The notes beneath the pieces are model-generated. The model made no database searches and was not told the origin of the DNA. It saw only the letters and a list, made by a program, of their open reading frames with translations. From the NCBI GenBank assembly GCA_041494685.1, contig JBGQBE010000023.1, positions 1 to 46,337 of the forward strand: a DNA stretch of 46,337 nt. Reading direction: 5' to 3'. The stretch comes from Dehalococcoidia bacterium. GTDB taxonomy: Bacteria; Chloroflexota; Dehalococcoidia; DSTF01; JACRBR01. A program made the position numbers and the translations under genes. Shown in pieces: positions 1 through 9,300 of the stretch. How positions within the stretch are numbered: position 1 is the first letter of the stretch; the number at the start of each line of letters is the position of its first letter.

Positions 1-477
1 CTGGCGCGGATCCTCGACGGCATGGCGATGACGGCAACCTCCGATTCGACGGTGGCGTTCCTGGGCGGCGCGGAGACCTACGTGCCGGTGCAGGCGAGCT
101 GGAGCCCGCAGGCCGCGATGAGCTACGAGCAGCTGATCCAGCAGGTGATCGTCGAAGTGGCGAACCAGCCGAACGCGGTGATCGTCGCGCACGGCGCGGG
201 GATGTGCCTGGCCGGACGGCCGGGCGTGCTGCGGGTCTTCGCGACTGCATCGGAGGCGGTGCGCGCCGAGCGGATGCAGAAGGAATCGGGCATGTCGGAG
301 GGGGCGGCCGCGAAGGCGGTCCGCGCGTCGGACCGGGCGCGGTCGGAGTACCTGTGGCGGTTCTACGCCGCGCGGCAGGAGCAGCCGACGCACTACGACC
401 TGGTCGTGAACACGGACACGCTCTCGGCGGCGGAAGCGGCGCAGCTCATCGTCGCGGCCGCGAGGGCCACGTCGTAG
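1..477 (+). CDS. Cytidylate kinase-like family protein (5' partial)
   Basis: Frame open from base 1. VIVAHGAG..LRVFATAS, SDRARSEYLWRFY and YDLVVNT motifs are typical of the cytidylate kinase-like family. Confidence 0.75.
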   Translation: MARILDGMAMTATSDSTVAFLGGAETYVPVQASWSPQAAMSYEQLIQQVIVEVANQPNAVIVAHGAGMCLAGRPGVLRVFATASEAVRAERMQKESGMSEGAAAKAVRASDRARSEYLWRFYAARQEQPTHYDLVVNTDTLSAAEAAQLIVAAARATS

Positions 478-486
478 GGGCGCCGA

Positions 487-1785
<1,299 letters not shown>

Positions 1786-2062
1786 GGTGCGATCCTCCTG
1801 CGCTGGTGTATCGGCGCGCGGCGGGACGTGAGGGAGGCGGCGCGTCGGAAATGCGGGCGCGACGGGCCGGGCGTAGGGGAAACGCTGAAGGGTGGGGGCG
1901 GGGCGGATGGTTGGCCGAGGGTGGGGGGCAGCGTCGCCGACGAAGCGCCAGAAGGAGGCGCTAGACTGTCGTCGAGAACCCGCGGGCGAGCCAAACCGCG
2001 CGACACGATGGCGCGCGGACGATGCCCGGAGCGTGCGGCCCTGGAGCTATGACCTGACGAAG

Positions 2063-3799
2063 ATGCCTGATCCACGCTCGGAAGATTTCATGGGAACGAT
2101 GGCGACGGGTGACATCGGTGCGCACCACCGCCTGATGGCGATCGCTGCCGGGTACTCTGCCGCAGGTAATGGACTCGTGGCGGGGCTAGCCTTTGAACGT
2201 GCGATACACGCCGCTTGGGGCGATCCAAGCAGGATGGCGGAAGCATTTCGTTCCGCGATGGACTGTTATGCCGGTGTTTACGCCCGCGAGGATCGTTGCT
2301 CCTTCGCAGGGCTGGCGGCCCTCGTTAAGATGATAAAGCTCACGTGGCAGTCTTACCTAGCGCCCTCCGCCCAGGAGGATCTGGACCGGGTCTCGTCAAC
2401 CGAAGAACTGGCGCAGCTTATCGTGTCCTGCCTCGGCACATCTGCGGATGCGGAATCTTACCTGGTTAGAGGCGTAGAGCTTCAAATTGCGTCAAACGGA
2501 GCCGTTACCGCTAACTTCACGCCTTACGAAGTTGATATGGCTGTCGAGCGAGGCTCGCTTCGCGACGGATGGATCGTGGGTGTACCAGCCGCGTTTGGGC
2601 TGTTCGTACGACAAGCTGATTACGGTGCGGCGCGGACAATTGCCTGCGACTTCGCTTCCGCCTTCAGATCACCCGCACTCCGAGGATGGCGTTCGGCTGT
2701 GCTCGGGTTTACAGATCCGGATGGAGCGGCGTCGCACTTTCGTGACGCCTCAGCCGCCTTTGCCGAAGATGTTCCTTCCACGGGAGAACTCCCCGGCCAA
2801 GACGGCGCCCCGTACTGGACAGGGATAAACAGCCAGCTGTGGTCGCCATACTTCGCGGCACGAGCGCACATCGCGGAGATTCGCACTGCGCCAGACCGCG
2901 CGACAGAGTTGGTGGCATCTGCCGCCGCGGCATATAAGTTCAATGAAGTTGGCTGGATGAACGCTCGAGCGGTGGCGTTCGGCGTGCTCATTGCGAGCTT
3001 GAACCAATTGTTGACCGCCGGCTCGTCGTCTGAGGTACGCCGCATACAAGAACAGTTCAAACGTGAGATACGGGCCTTTGCGAGTTCGCCAGAGTCCGAC
3101 CTTGTCGAGCAGTTCGCAATTCTTGCCGCCGACTCGTTCGAAGGATTCCTGCGCAATCCAGAGATTGAAGTGACCACGGGTAATTTGCCGGCGGCGCTTG
3201 AACTTCTAAAACGTATCCCTTTACTCGACGAGGGAGTCGCCAATGCGGTCGTTCCGGCATTGGGACGCAAGGCGTTTAGCGAAGCGCTTGGCGCGCAACA
3301 AACTTGGATCTACCGCACCCTGGAGAGCATCAAGGATGAGCGCACGCTGCAAAGAATTGTGCTTCGACTCATCCAGAGTTCGTCGCCGAGTTACGCACAG
3401 ATCCTGCACGGGCCGCTGGAGTACGGTAAGGACATCGTGGTCGTCGTTCGGAGCGACAATCAGGTTATTCTCCGGATGTACCAATTGAAGATCGGCGACA
3501 TTACCACCGCAGTGTGGACCGACGCGCGTCGCGAGCTGGAAGATATGTTCCTCGTTCCAGTTTCTGACTTCCAGCTGCGGGACGCCCCGGACACGCGCGA
3601 AGGCATTCTTCTGTGCAATGGACACTGCAACCCGTACGTCCAACCTGTGATGGACGCTTGGTACAGAGAGCAGGAGCGTGATCACAGACGGCAGATACGA
3701 TTTGAGCACCTCGATGATCTGGTCGGGTGGATCACTCGTGAGCGGCTGATTTCGGAACTTCGAGCCGCGCTTGAGGAGTACGGGGTACCGATCATCTGA
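2063..3799 (+). CDS. Hypothetical protein: helical N-terminus plus C-terminal Mrr-like PD-(D/E)XK restriction-endonuclease domain
   Basis: C-terminal DERTLQRIV...HGPLEYGKDIVV...MYQLKIGDI fits the E..D..QxK pattern. Atypical codon usage. Start ATG 2063 or 2090 (track ORF from 1892 looks over-extended). Confidence 0.6.
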   Translation: MPDPRSEDFMGTMATGDIGAHHRLMAIAAGYSAAGNGLVAGLAFERAIHAAWGDPSRMAEAFRSAMDCYAGVYAREDRCSFAGLAALVKMIKLTWQSYLAPSAQEDLDRVSSTEELAQLIVSCLGTSADAESYLVRGVELQIASNGAVTANFTPYEVDMAVERGSLRDGWIVGVPAAFGLFVRQADYGAARTIACDFASAFRSPALRGWRSAVLGFTDPDGAASHFRDASAAFAEDVPSTGELPGQDGAPYWTGINSQLWSPYFAARAHIAEIRTAPDRATELVASAAAAYKFNEVGWMNARAVAFGVLIASLNQLLTAGSSSEVRRIQEQFKREIRAFASSPESDLVEQFAILAADSFEGFLRNPEIEVTTGNLPAALELLKRIPLLDEGVANAVVPALGRKAFSEALGAQQTWIYRTLESIKDERTLQRIVLRLIQSSSPSYAQILHGPLEYGKDIVVVVRSDNQVILRMYQLKIGDITTAVWTDARRELEDMFLVPVSDFQLRDAPDTREGILLCNGHCNPYVQPVMDAWYREQERDHRRQIRFEHLDDLVGWITRERLISELRAALEEYGVPII

Positions 3800-3954
3800 G
3801 ATGGGGCGGGCGCCGCGCCTACCCCCATACTGTGCTTGCCCGGCCGAAGCTGGCGGGCCTATACTTCGGTGCCGAATTTCACAAGCGGGTGCTTGGGATA
3901 TCGGCGCGACGCGGGAGACGCACGGGGCGGCCGCCCCGCCACCAGGAGTGAACC

Positions 3955-4458
3955 GTGGCCTATACCATCGTGGACACCTGCATCGGCTGCACGGCGTGTA
4001 CGAAGCGCTGCCCCACGAACGCGATCACGGGCAGCCGTAACGTCGTCCACGTCATCGACGCGGGCCTCTGCATCGACTGCGGGGCGTGCGGCGTCGTCTG
4101 CCCGCCGGAGGCGATCCTGGACACGGTGGGCGACGTCTGCAAGACGTTCCCGCGCAAGGAGTGGCCGAAGGCGATCGTCATCGAGGACAACTGCATCGGC
4201 AGCGGCTGCGAGCTGTGCATCCAGGTGTGCCCGTTCGAGGCGCTGAGCCTGGGCAGCCCGGAGCGCACCGTCGGCGACTTCTTCGGCATCGCCGTGCTGA
4301 ACGAGCGCAAGTGCACGGGGTGCCGGCTGTGCGAGGACTCGTGCGGCTGGGGCGCGATCTACATCGACCCGCCGCGCGAGCTGCTGAAGAAGCGCGCCTG
4401 GCCGGACGACGAAGAGGGCGCGGGCGAGTCGGCGAAGGAGCTCGTCGAGGCGTCGTAG
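3955..4458 (+). CDS. Polyferredoxin with four 4Fe-4S-binding motifs
   Basis: CIGCTACTKRCP, CIDCGACGVVCP, CIGSGCELCIQVCP, CTGCRLCEDSCG; AGGAG RBS before GTG. Confidence 0.88.
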   Translation: MAYTIVDTCIGCTACTKRCPTNAITGSRNVVHVIDAGLCIDCGACGVVCPPEAILDTVGDVCKTFPRKEWPKAIVIEDNCIGSGCELCIQVCPFEALSLGSPERTVGDFFGIAVLNERKCTGCRLCEDSCGWGAIYIDPPRELLKKRAWPDDEEGAGESAKELVEAS

Positions 4459-4483
4459 GCGCGGAACACAGAGCGATCATGGT

Positions 4484-4512
4484 AAGCCCCTCGCGCGAAG
4501 GGCTTTCCGTTT
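4484..4512 (+). terminator. Probable intrinsic terminator
   Basis: AAGCCC..GGGCTT stem followed by TCCGTTT, just downstream of the ferredoxin stop. Confidence 0.5.
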
Positions 4513-4565
4513 GTCGCGCGCTCGCCGATACTGTGTCCGATTCAGACAGCGAGCGGAGCGACACG

Positions 4566-5252
4566 ATGCAAGGACGCAGCATCAGGGCCATGTTCGCCGC
4601 GACCTGCGCGTGCGCCGTCGCGCTCGCCGGGATCGCGTGCGGCGGCGGCAGCGGCAGCGCGACCACGGTCACGGCCCCGGCCGGCGGCGCGGCCCCGCGC
4701 AGCATCACGAAGATCGCGGAAGTCGACCACCTGATCGACCTGGCGACCGGCGCCGACGTGATCGGCCTGGCGGGCCTGACCGGCTACGAGAGGGTCCCGT
4801 GCAGCGGCACGGCCGCGGGCGCCTCCGGCGACCCGCCGCTGTGCCGCAGCAACGAGTCGGACGGCGAGACCGTGGAGGTGCTGGCGCGGAGCGCCTGCGA
4901 CACGGGCTGGGTCCGGCCCGAGGCGGCGCCGGACGCGTATCGCGCGGCGCTGAAGAACGGCACGCCCCAACTCTTCGCGGTCTATGTGCCGAAGTCCGAT
5001 ACGAACGCGTTCGGCGCGGACCTGGGCGCGCAGTACGTCGTCGTGCTGAGCGCGGGCCGGCGCGGCGATGGCACGCCGGCGGGCGTGGCCCTGCACGTCA
5101 AGTCCGGACGCGTCGTGTGGTTGCAGACGGAGTGCGATCAGTTCCTCGCGCTCGTCTCGCAGGATGTCGTGGCGTCGTTCGTGGTGGACCCGATCGCCGA
5201 CGCGCCGAAGCCGGACGCGTCGCCCGGCGTGACGATCGTGCCCGCGCCGTAG
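4566..5252 (+). CDS. Hypothetical lipoprotein
   Basis: ATG 4566 after GGAG; signal peptide ending ALAGIAC-GGGSGS; host-like codon usage; several Cys in the mature part. Confidence 0.65.
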   Translation: MQGRSIRAMFAATCACAVALAGIACGGGSGSATTVTAPAGGAAPRSITKIAEVDHLIDLATGADVIGLAGLTGYERVPCSGTAAGASGDPPLCRSNESDGETVEVLARSACDTGWVRPEAAPDAYRAALKNGTPQLFAVYVPKSDTNAFGADLGAQYVVVLSAGRRGDGTPAGVALHVKSGRVVWLQTECDQFLALVSQDVVASFVVDPIADAPKPDASPGVTIVPAP

Positions 5253-5411
5253 GGCGGGCCGCGGTTGTCTGGACAATCCCAGGCCGCCCACGGCGGATGG
5301 TTTTCTGATACTCGGCTTGACTCAATTGCTTTACATTCGGCTACGAAGCACTGTTCAATACACCGCGAGGCCGGCGTCGGCAGCCATCGTTAGCAGAGCC
5401 GGGGGAACGAA

Positions 5412-6011
5412 ATGTTCGCGTTGCTTGGTATCGCCCTCGTCGTCGTGACGGTTGTGGCTGCGGTCGTAGGCGTTGCCGCCGGAACCGATCAGCTTTGGGC
5501 GTCGTACCGAAAGCGCGTCCCTGATGTCCTGGGATGGCGAGCGATCGAACAGGGGACGCGCAATCTCATCGCGCAACTCAGGGCTGATAACTATGTGCCC
5601 GACGTGGTCGTGGCGATCGGGCGCAGCGGCGCGATCCTTGGTGGGCTCCTCGCCGGGAACATGCACAATCTGCCAATGGCGTTGCTGGATCGTCACTTTT
5701 CCTGGGATCATCACCGACGAGACTTCATACAGAGTGGATTCTCGGAAGTCCACCTCAGCGACGACTGCAAGCAAGTGCTCGTTGTTGTCGGCGAAGTCTA
5801 TTCCGGCCAGACGCTGATCGAATGTCTCAACTCTCTTGGCCCGGTGCTTGTCGGCAAGACGGTGCGCACGTGCACGTTGATCAAGAGCAAGACATCGACC
5901 TGCCACGTGGACTACGTCGCGATGGAGGTTGAGAAAGTCGTGCGACCGGCCTGGGTGATGACGTCAGACTACGCGCGTGCTGAGATCGACAGCAGGATAC
6001 CGAAGAGGTAG
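5412..6011 (+). CDS. Phosphoribosyltransferase-fold protein with N-terminal TM helix
   Basis: W..I......L..QL..DNYVPDVVVAIGRSGAILG and VLVVVGEVYSGQTL resemble xanthine/hypoxanthine PRT-like family; hydrophobic first 23 aa. Confidence 0.7.
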   Translation: MFALLGIALVVVTVVAAVVGVAAGTDQLWASYRKRVPDVLGWRAIEQGTRNLIAQLRADNYVPDVVVAIGRSGAILGGLLAGNMHNLPMALLDRHFSWDHHRRDFIQSGFSEVHLSDDCKQVLVVVGEVYSGQTLIECLNSLGPVLVGKTVRTCTLIKSKTSTCHVDYVAMEVEKVVRPAWVMTSDYARAEIDSRIPKR

Positions 6012-6250
6012 CTCGCCGCCGGCCCCGTGACGGCGTGCTGGCGCCGGTGTCGTGAGGCGGAAGAAGGGCGCCGCGCCCATGTCGCATCCTCTCACTCATC
6101 CTCGCGTCCGCGAGGCACTGATCGTGCGCCGGGCCGGCGTGGCGGCGCGGGTGGGCTGATCGTAGCGCCCGCGCGCGGTACGTCAACGAGACGCGATCGA
6201 GAGGCTCCGTAACACTCGTCTTGCTTGACCCTGCCTGTCCACCATGTTAC

Positions 6251-6268
6251 TCGTGATAGCGGTCACGA
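6251..6268. promoter_or_regulatory. Palindromic operator TCGTGA-N6-TCACGA (Rex or CRP/FNR-like) upstream of ctaA
   Basis: Perfect 6-bp inverted repeat downstream of a TTGACC -35-like hexamer at 6225-6230. Confidence 0.5.
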
Positions 6269-6341
6269 ACGACGGTTTCAGATTCGTTGCGCCGCCTTCG
6301 GGAGGAGTGCGCCCGCCTGTTCCGGCGAGCCGCCGCGAAGC

Positions 6342-7295
6342 ATGTCCTGGTTCCAGCGCCTCCTTCTGATCACCATCGCCGCCACGTTTGTGCTGGTCGT
6401 CATTGGCGGCACCGTGCGCGCCACCGGCTCCGGTCTGGGCTGCCCCGACTGGCCGACGTGCCACGGCCGGCTGGTACCGCGCATGGAAGAGCACACGCTG
6501 ATCGAGTATTCCCACCGCACGGCGGCGGCCGTGGTGGGATTCCTGTTCCTTGGTGTCACCTTCTTCACGTTCAAGACCGAGCGCAAGAACAAGCTCGTCT
6601 TCCGGCTCGCCTTCGCGGCGGGCGTCCTGCTGCTGTTCCAGATCATCCTGGGCGGCATCACCGTGAAGCGCGACCTGCCGGCGGAGATCGTGGCGGCGCA
6701 CCTGGGTACGGCGATGTCGTTCATGGGGATCATGATCGCCACCACCGTCATCTCGATGATGCGGTCACGGGGGATCTCGACGTTCGCGTTCGCCTCGGAG
6801 ACGAACTTTACGCGTCTCGCGCTGCTCTGCGCCGCGGCGGCCATGGTGACGCTCGTGCTGGGCTCGTACATCAGCGGGACCTCGGCGGCGCTGGCGTGCC
6901 ACGGCTGGCCGCTCTGCAACGGCAGCGTCGTGCCGGGGAGCGGCACGGACGAGGGGCTGCACTACCTGCATCGCGCCGTGGCAGGCTTGCTGGGTATCAT
7001 GCTGCTCGGCCTGATCTACGTCGGGTTCGAGGAGCGGCGGCGGCAGCCGTTGCTGGTGGCGCTGTCGCTCGCGGCGGGCGTGCTGTACGTGGTGCAGGCG
7101 CTGGTCGGCGCGGCGAACATCTGGACGAGCCTGTCGGCGAGCGTCATCGTGGCGCACCTGTCGCTGGCGGCGCTGCTCTGGTGCTTGACGGTGCTGATCG
7201 CCGCCTTGTCGTACTATCTACCGGGGACCGAACCCGAGGACGCCGCCGGGGGGCGGCAGCCGCGGGGCAGAGAGGCAGCGGAATGGGCGCGATAG
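6342..7295 (+). CDS. ctaA: Heme A synthase (COX15/CtaA)
   Basis: GGTVRATGSGLGCPDWPTC, EYSHR, AHLG, CHGWPLC, HYLHR motifs; multi-TM. Confidence 0.92.
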   Translation: MSWFQRLLLITIAATFVLVVIGGTVRATGSGLGCPDWPTCHGRLVPRMEEHTLIEYSHRTAAAVVGFLFLGVTFFTFKTERKNKLVFRLAFAAGVLLLFQIILGGITVKRDLPAEIVAAHLGTAMSFMGIMIATTVISMMRSRGISTFAFASETNFTRLALLCAAAAMVTLVLGSYISGTSAALACHGWPLCNGSVVPGSGTDEGLHYLHRAVAGLLGIMLLGLIYVGFEERRRQPLLVALSLAAGVLYVVQALVGAANIWTSLSASVIVAHLSLAALLWCLTVLIAALSYYLPGTEPEDAAGGRQPRGREAAEWAR

Positions 7296-8194
7296 ACACC
7301 GGCGTGCGGACACGGCCAGCGCTCTCGATACGGGAGATCGCGTCCGCGTACCTGGCGCTGACGAAGCCCCGCATCATCTCGCTGCTGCTGATCACGACGA
7401 TCCCGACGATGATCCTGGCGGCGAAGGGCGTCCCGTCGCTCTGGCTGATCTTCGCGACCGTAGTCGGCGGGTCGCTGGCCGCCGGCGGCGCGAACGCCAT
7501 CAACTGCTACCTGGACCGCGACATCGACGAGATCATGCACCGTACGCAGGGGCGGCCGCTGCCGCTGGGCAAGATGGAGCCGCTGAGCGCGCTGGTCTTC
7601 GCGCTGGCGCTGGAAGCCGCGGCGTTCGTGCTGCTGGCCGCCTCATCGAACCTGCTGGCGGCGTCGCTGGCGCTCGCGGCGACGGCGTTCTACGTGTTCG
7701 TGTACACGATGTGGCTGAAGCGGACGACGCCGAAGAACATCGTCATCGGCGGCGCGGCGGGCGCGGTGCCGCCGCTGGTCGCGTGGGCGGCCGTGCGCGG
7801 CGACGTCGGGGTGCCGGCGCTCATCCTCTTCGCGATCATCTTCTTCTGGACGCCGCCGCACTTCTGGGCGCTCAGCATCAAGTACAAGGAAGATTACAAG
7901 CGCGCGCACGTGCCGATGCTGCCCGTAGTGGCCACGATGGCGGCGACGAAGACGCAGATGTTCGTGTACGCGGTGCTGCTGGTGCCCGTGTCGCTCTCGC
8001 TGGCGTTGACGGGGACGGTCGGCTGGATCTACATCGGCGCGGCGCTGCTGCTGGGCGGCGCGTTCGTCCGCGAGACGTGGCGGTTGCGCTCGAACGACGC
8101 GCCCGGCGCGGCGATGGGCGTCTTCCGCGTGTCGATCTACTACCTGAGCTTCATCTTCATCGCGGTGGCCGCGGACCAGCTGATCCTGCGGTAG
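7283..8194 (+). CDS. ctaB: Protoheme IX farnesyltransferase (heme O synthase)
   Basis: YLALTKPRII, NCYLDRDID..MHRT..RPLP, YTMWLKR, WTPPHFWAL; start overlaps the ctaA end. Confidence 0.95.
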   Translation: MGAIDTGVRTRPALSIREIASAYLALTKPRIISLLLITTIPTMILAAKGVPSLWLIFATVVGGSLAAGGANAINCYLDRDIDEIMHRTQGRPLPLGKMEPLSALVFALALEAAAFVLLAASSNLLAASLALAATAFYVFVYTMWLKRTTPKNIVIGGAAGAVPPLVAWAAVRGDVGVPALILFAIIFFWTPPHFWALSIKYKEDYKRAHVPMLPVVATMAATKTQMFVYAVLLVPVSLSLALTGTVGWIYIGAALLLGGAFVRETWRLRSNDAPGAAMGVFRVSIYYLSFIFIAVAADQLILR

Positions 8195-8284
8195 TGCCTG
8201 GCGGAAGAGCGACATAACGTCGCGGGGCGGCGCGTCGGCGGCCGGTCTCGGCGTCCTCAGGATTGTGCTTCCTCTCACGAGCAC

Positions 8285-8330
8285 TTGACGATAGACTCCG
8301 GCCGGGGAATAATTCGCCAAACTGCGAATT
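8285..8330 (+). promoter_or_regulatory. Sigma70-type promoter plus overlapping inverted repeat upstream of ctaC
   Basis: TTGACG (8285-8290)-N17-AATAAT (8308-8313); AATTCGC-N6-GCGAATT at 8311-8330. Confidence 0.55.
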
Positions 8331-8520
8331 GAGCGAGGATGGCTAATGCAGCGTTCCGGGTGCCGCGTCCCAATACGCCGTTTCATCCTTGTGCTTGACG
8401 CCCCTGCCCCTTCAGCGACTCCTACCCGTGGCGCGTGGTTGCGGCACGCAGGTCCTGTCGCCACCGATCCGTCAGCCGGCCGCCAACCGCTCACAGCCAG
8501 CAGCTCTTTCGAGGTCGCCT

Positions 8521-9297
8521 GTGCGTAATCGACTCTCTCGCTTCGCGCTCTTGGCGTCGCTGTTGCCAGCGATGCTGTTCTTTTCGGCCTGCGACGTGTT
8601 CAACAGTCCGCAGAACACGTTCTCGCCGAGCGGCACGGTAGCGGCGAAGCAGAAGTACCTCTTCACGGTGACGATGTGGCCGGCGCTTGCCGTGCTGCTG
8701 CTGGTCGAATTCGGCCTGCTGGCCATCCTGATCAGGTTCCGCCGCAAGAAGGGCGATCCGGGGCTGCCGAAGCAGATCCACGGAAACAACCGCCTGGAGA
8801 TCGCGTGGACGATCGCGCCGATCGTGTTGCTCGCGATGTTCGTACCGGCGGTCGTGGGCGGCGTCATCGACCTGGGCCGCACGCCGAAGAACGCCGTCGA
8901 GGTGGACGTGTCGGGCATCCAGTGGGCGTGGCAGTTCTCGTACCCGGATCCGAGCGGCGGCGCGGCGGTGCAGGCGCCGATCAACGAGATGCACATCCCG
9001 GCGGGCCGGGATATCGAGATCAAGCTGCATTCGGACAACGTGATCCACTCGTTCTGGGTGCCGAAGCTGGCCGGCAAGACCGACGTGATGCCGGGCCGCC
9101 AGAACCACATGTGGCTGCGCGCCACCGACATCGGCACGTACTCGGGTCAGTGCGCGGAGTTCTGCGGGCTGGACCACGCGAAGATGAGCTTTCGCGTCGT
9201 CGTGCAGTCGCAGGCCGATTATGACGCGTGGCTCAAGTCGCAGGCTGCGGCGCAGCAGAGCGGCGGTCAGTCGCAGTTCGCGTTCCACGGGGAGTAA
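8521..9297 (+). CDS. ctaC: Cytochrome c oxidase subunit II (lipoprotein, CuA, no fused cytochrome c)
   Basis: GTG after GAGG; FSAC lipobox; HGNNRLEIAWT, QWAWQFSY, VIHSFWVP, CAEFCGLDHAKM; no CxxCH. Confidence 0.93.
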   Translation: MRNRLSRFALLASLLPAMLFFSACDVFNSPQNTFSPSGTVAAKQKYLFTVTMWPALAVLLLVEFGLLAILIRFRRKKGDPGLPKQIHGNNRLEIAWTIAPIVLLAMFVPAVVGGVIDLGRTPKNAVEVDVSGIQWAWQFSYPDPSGGAAVQAPINEMHIPAGRDIEIKLHSDNVIHSFWVPKLAGKTDVMPGRQNHMWLRATDIGTYSGQCAEFCGLDHAKMSFRVVVQSQADYDAWLKSQAAAQQSGGQSQFAFHGE

Positions 9298-9300
9298 TTC

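Noticed and set aside
1890..1930. G-rich tract with G-quadruplex potential
   Set aside because: G-runs are expected in high-GC intergenic DNA; no independent support.
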